A stretch of DNA of 64,000 nt from Myxococcota bacterium (lineage in GTDB: Bacteria; Myxococcota_A; UBA9160; UBA6930): positions 3,328,001 through 3,392,000 of the forward strand of contig OZ245002.1 of the NCBI GenBank assembly GCA_965223415.1, in the 5' to 3' direction. Below the pieces are notes generated by a model. That model searched no databases and was not told the origin of the DNA. It saw only the letters and a program-made list of their open reading frames with translations. Positions 51,714 through 64,000 of the stretch are shown here, piece after piece. A program made the translations under genes and the position numbers. The stretch's first letter is position 1, and the number at the start of each line of letters is the position of its first letter.

Positions 51714-52496
51714 ATGAGCGAGCTCCTGTACGAGAAGGACGGCCACGTCGCCGTCTTGACCCTGAACCGGCCCGACCGCATGAACGCGATCACCACGAGC
51801 ATGCTGTCCGAGCTCTCGCGGGTGCTGGTGGAGGTGGACCAGGACCGGGAGGTGCGGGCCGTCGTGCTCACCGGAGCGGGTCGCGGCTTCTGCGCGGGCC
51901 TCGACCTGAAGGACCAGGCCTCGGGCCAGGGTCTCGCCGTGGGCGGCGCCCCCACCAAGTTCGACCTGCGCGACGCGCCGCCCATGGTGCTGCACAACCT
52001 GGACAAGCCGACGCTCTGCGCCCTGAACGGCGGCGCCGCCGGCTACGGCATGGACCTGGCCCTCGGCTGCGATATCCGCATCGCCGCCGATACCGCCAAG
52101 CTCTCCGCCGCCTTCACCAAGCGCGGTGTGATCCCCGAGAGCGGTGGCACCTGGCTCCTGCCGCGGCTCGTGGGCTGGGCGAAGGCGGCGGAGGTGGCCT
52201 TCACCGGCCGCACCCTGAGCGCTGAGCAGTGCCTCGAGCACGGCCTCGTCAACCAGGTGGTGCCGGCGGAGCTGGTGCTCAAGGAGACCCTGGCCATGGC
52301 CCACGAGATCGCGGCCAATGCGCCCCTCGCCGTGCAGGCCACCAAGCGCATGATGCGCATGGCCCAGGACGAGACCTTCGAAGCCAACGTCCACCACGTC
52401 TTCCTGCAGCTCCTGCCCCTCTTCCGGAGCAAGGACTTCCAGGAAGGGGTGAAGTCGTTCCTCGAGAAGCGTCCGCCCGAGTTCGAGGGTCGTTAG
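51714..52496 (+). CDS. Enoyl-CoA hydratase/isomerase (crotonase) family
   Basis: LTLNRPDRMNA, LTGAGRGFCAGLDL, NGGAAGYG.DLAL.CD.R, PESGGTWLLPRLVG, EKRPPEF.GR. Confidence 0.93.
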   Translation: MSELLYEKDGHVAVLTLNRPDRMNAITTSMLSELSRVLVEVDQDREVRAVVLTGAGRGFCAGLDLKDQASGQGLAVGGAPTKFDLRDAPPMVLHNLDKPTLCALNGGAAGYGMDLALGCDIRIAADTAKLSAAFTKRGVIPESGGTWLLPRLVGWAKAAEVAFTGRTLSAEQCLEHGLVNQVVPAELVLKETLAMAHEIAANAPLAVQATKRMMRMAQDETFEANVHHVFLQLLPLFRSKDFQEGVKSFLEKRPPEFEGR

Positions 52497-52515
52497 GCGG
52501 ACGTTCGGAGGCCCC

Positions 52516-53798
52516 GTGATCGCGCGCGTGCTGGCCGCGGCCTTCCTGGCCGCGGTGCTTGCCGCCGTCCTGTGGCAGGACCACGGCGGGGCCCTGCCCC
52601 TGGGTCTCTTCAACGAGGGGCGCGGGGCGTATGCGGCGCTCTCCTGGGCCTGCCTCGCCGGGGCGGCGGCCGGCCTCGTCCTGCTCGCCGGCGAGGCGTT
52701 CCGGGGCCGCCCCCTGCGAGCCGCTGGGATCCTGCGCGGTCTCCTTGTCTCGTTCGTCCTGCTCGAGGCGCTTCTCTTCCTCGTGGACGTCAGCCTCGCC
52801 TCCCGGGGAGACGATCCGCCCCTCGGCGGGCCCTACCGGGAGCTGCGGACGGCGAACGCCGAGTGGCTCTTCGTGAAGAAGCCCCACGCGGGCTCGGCCC
52901 TCGGCTTTCGCACCGCCGAGCCCTATCCGAGGCGCTCCCGGGAGCCGCGCCTGCTCTTCCTCGGCGATTCCTACACCGAGGGAAGCGGACGCGCCGCCGC
53001 CTGCAACTACCCGGAGGTGGTGACGGGCGTGGTCGCCGAGCACCTCGGACGGCCGGTCGCGCTGCTGAACGCCGGCGTCGCCGGCTACGGCCCGAGCGAC
53101 GCGGTCCGGCTGCTGGCGCACCTGCTCGCGGAAGGCTACGAGGCGGACGCGATCGTGTTCGGCCTCTTCCTCGAGAACGACTTCGGCGACAACCTGCCCG
53201 GTACCACCCGCCGCGTCGTCGCCGGCGTGAACTTCCGCTTCCCGGAGTCGCCCTTCCTGCGGATCTTCCATCCGCTGAACAGCCGGAGCTTCCGCTATGC
53301 GCTCTTCGTGGAGCGGGCGAGTCGGCTCGTGCGCGGCAGCGGCGCCCGCGCCCGCCGGGACGCCGGGGCCTGTCGTCTCGCACCGGAAGCGGTCCCGACG
53401 GAGGCGCCCGCCGGGCTCCTGCACCTGGCGCGCCGTCGCCTGGCGGCGAACTACGGGCCAGCGGCGCGCTCGGCGATCGGGGAGGTCGAGGCGGCCCTCG
53501 GCGGGCTGCGTCGTCTCGCGGCGGAGCGGCCGGTCTTCGTCGTCGTGTTCCCGGATCGGGTGCTCGTCGACGAGGCCCTGGCCCAAGCGGCCGGAGCCGA
53601 CCCCCGGGTGCACGATCTCGGGCGGCTCGGCGCGTGGCTGGACGTCGCCTGGCCCGGCGCCATCCGGGTGGCGCCCGCCCTCGGTGCCGGCGCCGAGAAC
53701 TACCGGCCGAACGACACCCACCTCTCCGATCTGGGCAACCTCCGGGCGGGCCGCCACGTCGGCGCCGCCCTGGCCGAGCGGCTGGCCGGAGCGCCGGG

Positions 53799-53805
<7 letters not shown>
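52516..53805 (+). CDS. Membrane-anchored SGNH/GDSL hydrolase-like protein
   Basis: Three N-terminal TM; FLGDSYTEG, NAGVAGYG, F.END, C-terminal DTH (DxH). Confidence 0.75.
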
Positions 53806-55938
<2,133 letters not shown>

Positions 55939-55942
<4 letters not shown>

Positions 55943-56802
55943 CTCGCACGCCGAACCCCCGCGCCTGGTGGCTCGTGCTCCCGGTCCTCGGGGTCGTGGC
56001 CTTCTCGGCGCTGATCCCGCTGATGACGGTCGTCAACTACTCCGTTCAGGACATCTTCGGGCCGGGCCAGCGCGTGTTCGTGGGCAGCGAGTGGTTCCGG
56101 GAGATCCTGCACGATCCGCGGCTCCACGCCGCGCTCGGCCGCCAGCTCCTCTTTACCGCCTCGGTGCTCGCGATCGAGATCCCCCTGGGCGTAGCGATCG
56201 CCCTGGCCATGCCCACCCGCGGCGTCTCCGTCTCGATCAGTCTGGTCGTGCTGGCGTTGCCGCTGCTCATTCCCTGGAACGTGGTAGGCACGATCTGGCA
56301 GGTCTTCGGCCGCGCCGACATCGGGCTCGGCGGCGCCCTGCTGCGGGCCCTGGGCTCCGACTACAACTACGCCCAGAACGCCGCCGACGCCTGGGCGACG
56401 CTCCTGGTCATGGACGTCTGGCACTGGACGCCGCTGGTCGCCCTGCTGGCCTACGCGGGCCTGCGCGCCGTTCCGCCCGCCACCTACCAGGCCGCCCACG
56501 TCGATGGAGCGAGCCGCCTGGCGATCTTCCGCCACGTGGAGCTTCCGCGGCTGCGGGGCGTGCTCACCATCGCGCTGCTCCTGCGCCTGATGGACAGCTT
56601 CGTGATCTACACCGAGCCCTTCGTCCTCACCGGCGGGGGGCCCGGAAACGCCACCACCTTCCTCTCCCAGTACCTCGCGAAGATGGCGGTTGGCCAGTTC
56701 GATCTGGGGCCCGCCGCCGCCTTCTCGCTGATCTATTTCCTGGTGATCCTCGCGCTCTGCTTCGTGTTCTACACCGTCCTCACGGCGGAGGACGAGCGGT
56801 GA
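55939..56802 (+). CDS. CUT1 ABC permease (GlpP-like)
   Basis: FSALIPLMTVVNYSVQD, IPWNVVGTIWQ, MDVWHWT, YTEPFVLTGGGPG, GQFDLGPAAA. Confidence 0.9.
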
Positions 56803-57590
56803 AGCGCCTCGGGCTCGGCCTCTACCTCTCCTTGCTGCTGGTTCCCATCTATTGGATGGTGAACATGTCGTTCCGCACCAACGCGGACATCCTGGGTGCT
56901 TTCCGGCTGCTTCCGACGGAGCCGACCCTCGCCAACTACGCCACGATCCTGACCGACCCCTCCTGGTACGGGGGCTACCTGAACTCGATGGTCTACGTCG
57001 GCCTCAACACGGCCCTCTCCCTGGCGGTGGCACTGCCCGCGGCCTACGCGTTCTCGCGCTACCGCTTCCTCGGCGATCGCCAGCTCTTCTTCTGGCTGCT
57101 GACGAACCGGATGGCGCCGCCGGCGGTCTTCTTGCTGCCCTTCTTCCAGCTCTACTCGACCTTCGACCTGATCGACACGCACCTCGCCGTGGCCCTCGCC
57201 CACTGCCTGTTCAACGTGCCCCTGGCCGTGTGGATCCTCGAGGGCTTCATGTCCGGCGTTCCCCGCGAGCTCGACGAGATGGCCCAGCTCGACGGCTACC
57301 GCTTCCCGCGCTTCTTCCTCACGATCTTCCTGCCGGAGATCCGCGCCGGTGTCGGCGTGACAGCCTTCTTCTGCTTCATGTTCAGCTGGGTCGAGCTGCT
57401 GCTGGCGCGCACCCTCACCACCGTCGAAGCGAAGCCCATCGCGGCGGTGATGACGCGCACCGTGAGCGCCGCGGGCCTGGACTGGGGGCTCCTGGCCGCC
57501 GCCGGGGTACTCACCATCGTTCCCGGCGCGCTCGTGATCTGGTTCGTGCGCCACCACCTGGCCAAGGGCCTGAGCCTGGGGCGGGTATGA
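56799..57590 (+). CDS. CUT1 ABC permease (GlpQ-like)
   Basis: PIYW..NMSF, AAYAFSRY.FLGD..LFFWLLTNRMAP, FMFSWVELL, DWG.LAAAG.LT; frame of ORF 55968..57590. Confidence 0.9.
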   Translation: MKRLGLGLYLSLLLVPIYWMVNMSFRTNADILGAFRLLPTEPTLANYATILTDPSWYGGYLNSMVYVGLNTALSLAVALPAAYAFSRYRFLGDRQLFFWLLTNRMAPPAVFLLPFFQLYSTFDLIDTHLAVALAHCLFNVPLAVWILEGFMSGVPRELDEMAQLDGYRFPRFFLTIFLPEIRAGVGVTAFFCFMFSWVELLLARTLTTVEAKPIAAVMTRTVSAAGLDWGLLAAAGVLTIVPGALVIWFVRHHLAKGLSLGRV

Positions 57591-57868
57591 TGGACCTCGA
57601 GTGGATGGCCTGGACCGCGCCCACCGCAGGCTTCTTCCTGGGGATCGCCGGAATCCTGCTCGGCATGACCGTCTGGCAGCTCTTCTCCCCGAGCGAGAGC
57701 CGCCGCGGTCTCCTCCCCATGGCGACCACACGGGGGGATCGTCTCTTCATCGGGCTCCTCGCCAGCGCCTTCCTGCATCTGGCCTGGCTGGCGCTCACGC
57801 CCTGGAGCCTGTGGGTCGCCCTGGGACTCTCGGCCGTGCTTCTGGTATCCGTCATGCGGTTCGGGTGA
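57587..57868 (+). CDS. DUF2160 small membrane protein (GlpU-like)
   Basis: WMAWT..T..FF, RRG.L...TTRGDRLFI.LL..A..HLAW. Confidence 0.85.
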   Translation: MMDLEWMAWTAPTAGFFLGIAGILLGMTVWQLFSPSESRRGLLPMATTRGDRLFIGLLASAFLHLAWLALTPWSLWVALGLSAVLLVSVMRFG

Positions 57869-57898
57869 GCAACGGGTTCGGGTGAGCAACGGGTTCGG
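57858..57898 (+). repeat. 17-bp exact tandem duplication (2.4 copies) spanning the glpU-like stop codon
   Basis: GGTTCGGGTGAGCAACG at 57858-57874 and 57875-57891, then GGTTCGG. Confidence 0.9.
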
Positions 57899-57918
57899 TG
57901 GAGCTGCGGGGAAGATCG

Positions 57919-59643
57919 ATGCGACGACGTGCACTGGGGATCCTCTGGCTGGTGGGTGCGCTGCTGGCGGCGCCGGCCGCCGGCGTCGACGAGCGCGCCG
58001 CCGCCGAGCGCTGGGTGGACCGCGAGTTCCAGCCCTCCACCCTGAGCCGGGAGGCCCAGCTCGAAGAGCTGGCCTGGTTCCGCCGGGCGGCGGAGCCCTT
58101 CCGCGGCATGGAGATCCACGTCGTCTCCGAGACGATCACCACCCACGAGTACGAGGCCAAGGTGCTCGCGCCGGCCTTCACCGAGATCACCGGCATCCAG
58201 GTCACCCACGACCTCATCCAGGAAGGCGACGTGATCGAGAAGCTGCAGACCCAGATGCAGTCCGGTCGCAACATCTACGACGCCTACGTGAACGACACGG
58301 ACCTGATCGGGACCCACTTCCGCTACGGCAACGTCGTTTCGCTCACGGCTTTCATGGAAGGGGAAGGGAAGGCCTTTACCAATCCGGGCCTCGATCTCGA
58401 GGACTTCATCGGCCGGAGCTTCGGCACGGGTCCGGATGGCGAGCTCTACCAGCTGCCGGACCAGCAGTTCGCGAACCTCTACTGGTTCCGCCACGACTGG
58501 TTCCAGCGCGAGGATCTCCGCACACGCTTCCGCGAGCGCTACGGCTACGAGCTCGGCGTTCCCGTCAACTGGTCCGCCTACCAGGACATCGCCGAGTTCT
58601 TCAGCGTGCACGTGAAGGAGATCGACGGGGTCCGGGTGTACGGCCACATGGACTACGGGAAGAAGGATCCCTCCCTCGGCTGGCGCTTCACCGACGCGTG
58701 GCTCTCGATGGCCGGCGCCGGGGACGTGGGCATCCCCAACGGCAAGCCCGTGGACGAATGGGGCATCCGGGTCGACGGCTGTCGCCCGGTGGGCTCGAGC
58801 GTCGCCCGGGGCGGCGCCACCAACGCCCCCGCTGCCGTCTTCGCGCTCACCCGCTACGTCGACTGGCTGAAGCGCTTCGCGCCTCCAGAGGCCGCGGGCA
58901 TGACCTTCTCCGAGGCGGGCCCGGTGCCGGCCCAGGGGCACATCGCCCAGCAGATCTTCTGGTACACCACCTTCACCGCGGACATGACGGCACCGGGCAT
59001 CGCCGTGATGAGCCCGGACGGAACGCCGCGCTGGCGCATGGCGCCGTCGCCCCACGGCCCGTACTGGGAAGAGGGCATGAAGCTCGGTTACCAGGACGCC
59101 GGGGCCTGGACGCTTCTGACCAGCACGCCTCCCGAGCGGCGCAAGGCGGCCTGGCTCTACGCCCAGTTCGCCGTGTCGAAGACGGTCTCTCTGAAGAAGA
59201 CCCTGGAAGGGCTCACGCCGATCCGCGAGTCGGACCTGGCCTCGGAGGCGATGAGCGAGGTGGCACCGCGCCTCGGCGGCCTGGTCGAGTTCTACCGCAG
59301 CCCCGCCCGTCTGGCGTGGACGCCCACCGGCACCAACGTCCCCGACTACCCGAAGCTCGCCCAGCTCTGGTGGCAGAACGTGGCCGAGGCGGTGTCCGGC
59401 GAGCGCACGCCCCAGCAGGCCCTCGACTCCCTGGCGGCCCAGCAGGATCGGATGCTGGGCCGCCTCGAGCGCGCCGGCGTGCAGGGCGCGTGCGGCCCGA
59501 AGCTCGGCCCGGAGGCGGATCCGGCCAGCTGGCTCGCGAAGCCCGGCTCGCCCAAGGCGGCCCTGGCCGACGAGAAGCCGCCGGGCCAGACCGTGCGCTA
59601 CGAGGAGCTGATCCGCGCCTGGCGAGAGGGGCGGGCGCGCTAG
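57919..59643 (+). CDS. ABC substrate-binding protein (GlpV-like, glycerol/polyol)
   Basis: Signal peptide; EFQPSTL....Q..EL.WF, VVSETITTHEYE, YQLPDQQFANLYWFR, HMDYGKKDPSLGWRFTDAW, PTGTNVPDYPKLAQLWW. Confidence 0.9.
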   Translation: MRRRALGILWLVGALLAAPAAGVDERAAAERWVDREFQPSTLSREAQLEELAWFRRAAEPFRGMEIHVVSETITTHEYEAKVLAPAFTEITGIQVTHDLIQEGDVIEKLQTQMQSGRNIYDAYVNDTDLIGTHFRYGNVVSLTAFMEGEGKAFTNPGLDLEDFIGRSFGTGPDGELYQLPDQQFANLYWFRHDWFQREDLRTRFRERYGYELGVPVNWSAYQDIAEFFSVHVKEIDGVRVYGHMDYGKKDPSLGWRFTDAWLSMAGAGDVGIPNGKPVDEWGIRVDGCRPVGSSVARGGATNAPAAVFALTRYVDWLKRFAPPEAAGMTFSEAGPVPAQGHIAQQIFWYTTFTADMTAPGIAVMSPDGTPRWRMAPSPHGPYWEEGMKLGYQDAGAWTLLTSTPPERRKAAWLYAQFAVSKTVSLKKTLEGLTPIRESDLASEAMSEVAPRLGGLVEFYRSPARLAWTPTGTNVPDYPKLAQLWWQNVAEAVSGERTPQQALDSLAAQQDRMLGRLERAGVQGACGPKLGPEADPASWLAKPGSPKAALADEKPPGQTVRYEELIRAWREGRAR

Positions 59644-59661
59644 CCGGGCTACCGTCTCGCC

Positions 59662-60504
59662 ATGCACGTCATCGTCAACGGCGTCCGTCTCTTCTTCGAC
59701 GTGGACGGCGAGAAGCTCGCCGTCGATGGCGACGCGATGCGCGAGAAGCCCACCCTCCTGCTGCTGCACGGCGGGCCCGGCTTCGACCACTCGACCTGGA
59801 AGCCGGACTTCCAGCCCCTGCGGGACGTGGCCCAGCTCGTGTACCTGGATCACCGGGGCAACGGGCGCAGCGAGCACGGGCCACAGGAGGCCTGGAACCT
59901 CGACCAATGGGCCGACGACGTGCGCGGGCTGTGCGAAGCGCTGGGGATCGAGCGCCCCATCGTGATGGGGCAATCCTTCGGCGGCATGGTGGCCATCGCC
60001 TACGCGGCCAGGCACCCGGCCCATCCGTCGAAGCTGATCTTCTCCAGCACGTCCGCGCGCATGAGCCTGCCGCGCATGCTCGAGCGCTTCGAGGAGGTGG
60101 GTGGCGCGAAGGCGCGGGCCGCCGCCGAGCGCTTCTGGACCGAGCCGGGCCCGGGCACGCTGCCGACCTACACGCGGGACGCGCTCTCGGTCTACGGCAA
60201 GGAGTCCACGCCGCCCGAGATGATGAGCCGCGTTCGCTGGAACCTCGACGTGCTCTTCCACTTCGCCGGCCGGGAGGCCAGCCGCTTCGACTACCTGGAC
60301 CGGCTCGCAGGCGTGTGCTGCCCGACGCTCGTGCTCGGGGGGACGCGGGATCCCGTGTGTCCGATCGAGGACCAGGACGAGATCGCCGCGGCGCTTCCCG
60401 CGCAGCACGTGCAGTACGAGCGCTTCGAGGGCTGCGGTCACGGGGTCTTTCGCGACGACCCGGAGCGCGGCATGGCCGTGATCCGTTCCTTCGTCACTGA
60501 CTGA
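59662..60504 (+). CDS. Alpha/beta hydrolase (proline iminopeptidase-like)
   Basis: LHGGPG.DH, DHRGNGRS, GQSFGG nucleophile elbow, DP, CGH. Confidence 0.88.
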   Translation: MHVIVNGVRLFFDVDGEKLAVDGDAMREKPTLLLLHGGPGFDHSTWKPDFQPLRDVAQLVYLDHRGNGRSEHGPQEAWNLDQWADDVRGLCEALGIERPIVMGQSFGGMVAIAYAARHPAHPSKLIFSSTSARMSLPRMLERFEEVGGAKARAAAERFWTEPGPGTLPTYTRDALSVYGKESTPPEMMSRVRWNLDVLFHFAGREASRFDYLDRLAGVCCPTLVLGGTRDPVCPIEDQDEIAAALPAQHVQYERFEGCGHGVFRDDPERGMAVIRSFVTD

Positions 60505-60588
60505 CAGTCGCCCGAAGCCGAGCCGCCGACCGTTCGAGCCGCTATGGTGACCGCGCGCCGCCCGCCACCCGTACGTCACGAGGCTTCG

Positions 60589-60978
60589 ATGGGCCACCGG
60601 GTCTCCGTCGATTCCGAGCGTCACCTCGTCGAGCTCACCTTCGAAGGCGACGTGCCCTTCGAGGAAGAGGTCGAGGCGCTCGAGGACGTGATCTCCGACG
60701 ACCGCTATCGCCCGGGCGCGAGCTGGCTCGTCGACCGCCGTGCTTCGCGCATGCTCATCACGCCGGCGCAGGTACAGGAGCAGCTCGACAAGGTCGAGGC
60801 CGAGGGGCGACGCTTGTGCGGGGCTCGCATGGCTCACGTGGTGACGGCGCTCGCGGACTTCGGCCTGCTGCGAATGACGGAGCAGCTCGCCGCCGGCCGT
60901 CTGCCGAACGAGCTCGCGGTGTTCCGCGACATCGACGAGGCGAGGGCGTGGCTCGGGGTCGACGGCGAGGGCTCCTAG
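60589..60978 (+). CDS. Hypothetical protein, SpoIIAA/STAS-SEC14-like
   Basis: L.D.R, R.A.VV...DFGL.RM and C-terminal VFRDIDEARAWL pattern. Confidence 0.65.
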   Translation: MGHRVSVDSERHLVELTFEGDVPFEEEVEALEDVISDDRYRPGASWLVDRRASRMLITPAQVQEQLDKVEAEGRRLCGARMAHVVTALADFGLLRMTEQLAAGRLPNELAVFRDIDEARAWLGVDGEGS

Positions 60979-62207
60979 AGAAGGACGCCGACCACGCAGC
61001 CCGTCATCAGCGTCGCCAGGGTGCCGGCCAGGATCGACCGTAGGCCGAGCGCCGCGAGCTCCGGCCGGCGGGAGGGCGCCATCCCGCCCATGCCGCCCAG
61101 CAGGATGGCCAGCGATCCGAAGTTCGCGAAGCCGCAGAGCGCATAGCTGGCGATCACCGCCGAGCGGTGGGAGATGGTCCCGTCCGCCATCATCCCGCTC
61201 AGCTGGTCGAAGGCCAGGAACTCGTTCAGCACGGTCTTCACGCCGAGGAGCTGGGCGATCTGGAAGCTGTCGCCGGGCTCGACGCCGAGGAGCAGGGCCA
61301 GCGGCCAGAAGGCCAGGCCCAGCAGCTGCTGGAGGGTCAGGTCTGGCCGGCCGACCAGGCCGCCGAGGGCGCCGAGAAGCGCGTTGATCAGCGCGATCAA
61401 CGCGACGAAGCAGAGCAGCAGCGCGCCGATGTAGCCGGCCAGCCGAAGGGCGGCGAGGGCGCCCTGGCTGGCGGCGTCGATCCAGTTGACCGAGCTGCGT
61501 TCGACACGAGCGCGGCCCACTTCGGCCGTTACCGGTGTGCCGGTCTCCGGGATCATCACCTTGGCGATCAGGATCGCCGCGGGCGCCGAAAGCAGGCTCG
61601 CCGTCACCAAATGGCCCGAGAACTCGCCTTCGCCGAGCATCTTCGCGTAGGCGACGAGTACCGATCCGGCGATCGTCGCCATGCCGGTGACCATCACCGT
61701 GAAGAGCTCGCTGCGCGTCATGCTCTCCAGATAGGGACGAACGAGCAGCGGCGCCTCGGTCATGCCCACGAAGATGTTGGCGGCCGCCGCCAGGCTCTCG
61801 GCCGCCGAGGTGCGTAGGGTGTGGCGGAGGACGGCGGCCATGCCGTCGATCACCCGCTGCACGATCCCCCAGTGGTAGAGGATCGAGAAGATGCTGCCCA
61901 TGAACAGGATGATCGGGAGCACGTCGAGGACGAAGGAGAAGCCCAGGGCCTTGATCGGGCCGAACATGAAGCTCGTGCCCTCTTCCGTGAAGCGCAGGAA
62001 GCCCAGAACCGCGTCGTTCACGCCGAGGAAGAAGACGCGCCCCGGCGCCGTCTTCAGCAGCAGCAGGGCCAGGGCGAGCTGGAGGCCGACGCCCCAGCCG
62101 ATGGCGCGCCAGGGCAGGCGTCGGCGCTGCTCGGAGAAGGCCCAGGCCACGGCGATCATCGCGAACAGGCCGAGCGCGCTGGTGAGGCGGAGGCCGGGGT
62201 CGCTCAC
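60975..62207 (-). CDS. nupC: Concentrative nucleoside transporter (NupC/CNT family)
   Basis: VLP.I.F, ES..AAANIFVG.TEAPL, MTRSEL, GMATIAGSV, K.VLNEF.A, YALCGFANF.S. Confidence 0.92.
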   Translation of the reverse strand: MSDPGLRLTSALGLFAMIAVAWAFSEQRRRLPWRAIGWGVGLQLALALLLLKTAPGRVFFLGVNDAVLGFLRFTEEGTSFMFGPIKALGFSFVLDVLPIILFMGSIFSILYHWGIVQRVIDGMAAVLRHTLRTSAAESLAAAANIFVGMTEAPLLVRPYLESMTRSELFTVMVTGMATIAGSVLVAYAKMLGEGEFSGHLVTASLLSAPAAILIAKVMIPETGTPVTAEVGRARVERSSVNWIDAASQGALAALRLAGYIGALLLCFVALIALINALLGALGGLVGRPDLTLQQLLGLAFWPLALLLGVEPGDSFQIAQLLGVKTVLNEFLAFDQLSGMMADGTISHRSAVIASYALCGFANFGSLAILLGGMGGMAPSRRPELAALGLRSILAGTLATLMTGCVVGVLL

Positions 62208-62874
62208 GGAGGGGGCTCCGGCATGGGAAACGCTTCGACCAGACGGCGGGTCGCCACGAGCGGATCTTCTGCGCCGGCGACGGCGGAGATCACGGCGAAG
62301 CCCGCGGCGCCGGCGGCCGCGACCGCGGGCACCTCCGCCGGGCCGATGCCGCCGATCGCGACCAGCGGCTTCGGCTCCACCCGGGCCGCGGCCCTGCCGA
62401 GCGCCGGAAGGCCCCGTGCCGTGTAGGGGCTCTCCTTCGAGGCGGTTCCGAAGACCGGGCCGAAGGCGACATAGTCCACCGGTTCAGCCAGTGCCTGGGC
62501 GAGCTGGTCGTCGTCGTGGGTCGAGCGTCCCACCAGCAGCCGCCCGCGCGCCGGCTCGGGCAGCCGCCCCGGCGGCACGTCCTCCTGTCCGAGGTGGACA
62601 CCGTCGGCCCAGGCCAGCAGCGCCAGGTCGAAGCGATCGTTCACGAAGAAGAGCACGCCGGCGTCCCGGGTGCAGGCGCGGATCTCCCGGGCCCAGACGA
62701 GCGCGTCGCGATCGGTGGCCCGCTTCGCGCGGAGCTGCACGACGGCGGCGCCCCCCGCGCAGGCCGCACGGGCCTGCTCGACTGGCCCCCGGGGCCAGCG
62801 CGGGTCGTCGTCGGCGAGGACGTGGAGGCCGCGAAGTGCGTTCGCCGCGCCAGGTCCCGCCCCCGCAGCAAAGC

Positions 62875-62878
<4 letters not shown>
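62204..62878 (-). CDS. thiE: Thiamine-phosphate synthase
   Basis: VQLRAK, VNDR.DLA, DGVHLGQED, GRSTH, DYVAFGPVF.T.SK, VAIGGI, AVISA. Confidence 0.93.
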
Positions 62879-63999
<1,121 letters not shown>

Positions 64000-64000
64000 G

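Noticed and set aside
57858..57898. CRISPR array
   Set aside because: Adjacent 17-bp units with no spacers and no cas genes; the rpsR repeat is likewise a coding repeat.

Overview
Very GC-rich bacterial chromosomal window. Gene order and content suggest a Gram-negative, probably Myxococcota/deltaproteobacteria-like organism (inference). From left to right it holds: (1) a core block rplY-pth ... rpsF-rpsR-rplI-dnaB, interrupted by nhaA and pdxR-pdxS-pdxT; (2) a divergent 11-gene envelope-modification locus (9.1-20.6 kb), with a GT-C transferase, two ArnE/F-like small flippases and a sulfotransferase on one side and a WecB/DegT/Gfo-Idh-MocA/acetyltransferase/FAD-oxidoreductase/deacetylase/deacetylase-GT2 operon on the other; (3) menA, then a complete ISNCY-type IS (18-bp TIRs, CTAGC target duplication), a GIY-YIG gene and a perfect 70-bp palindrome; (4) AOR-MoaD, a KstD-like flavoprotein, AlkB-like and GFA genes, and two gene remnants (ECF sigma region 4; PolX-like HhH); (5) an ldcA-serine hydrolase-mpl peptidoglycan-recycling operon, thiD-mutS-like, rrf2-mrp, LAB_N plus a two-component system, a TetR-HlyD-ABC exporter, BCCT, paaX-desaturase/enoyl-CoA hydratase, a glpSTPQUV-type ABC importer and ntrC-thiE-nupC. 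Candidate operators for PdxR, Rrf2, TetR and PaaX and a candidate rpsF leader RNA are visible. No rRNA, tRNA or CRISPR array was seen. The best candidate for an undescribed system is the Arn-like lipid-carrier pathway that may transfer a sulfated amino sugar. All family calls come from recognising motifs by eye; no database searches were run.
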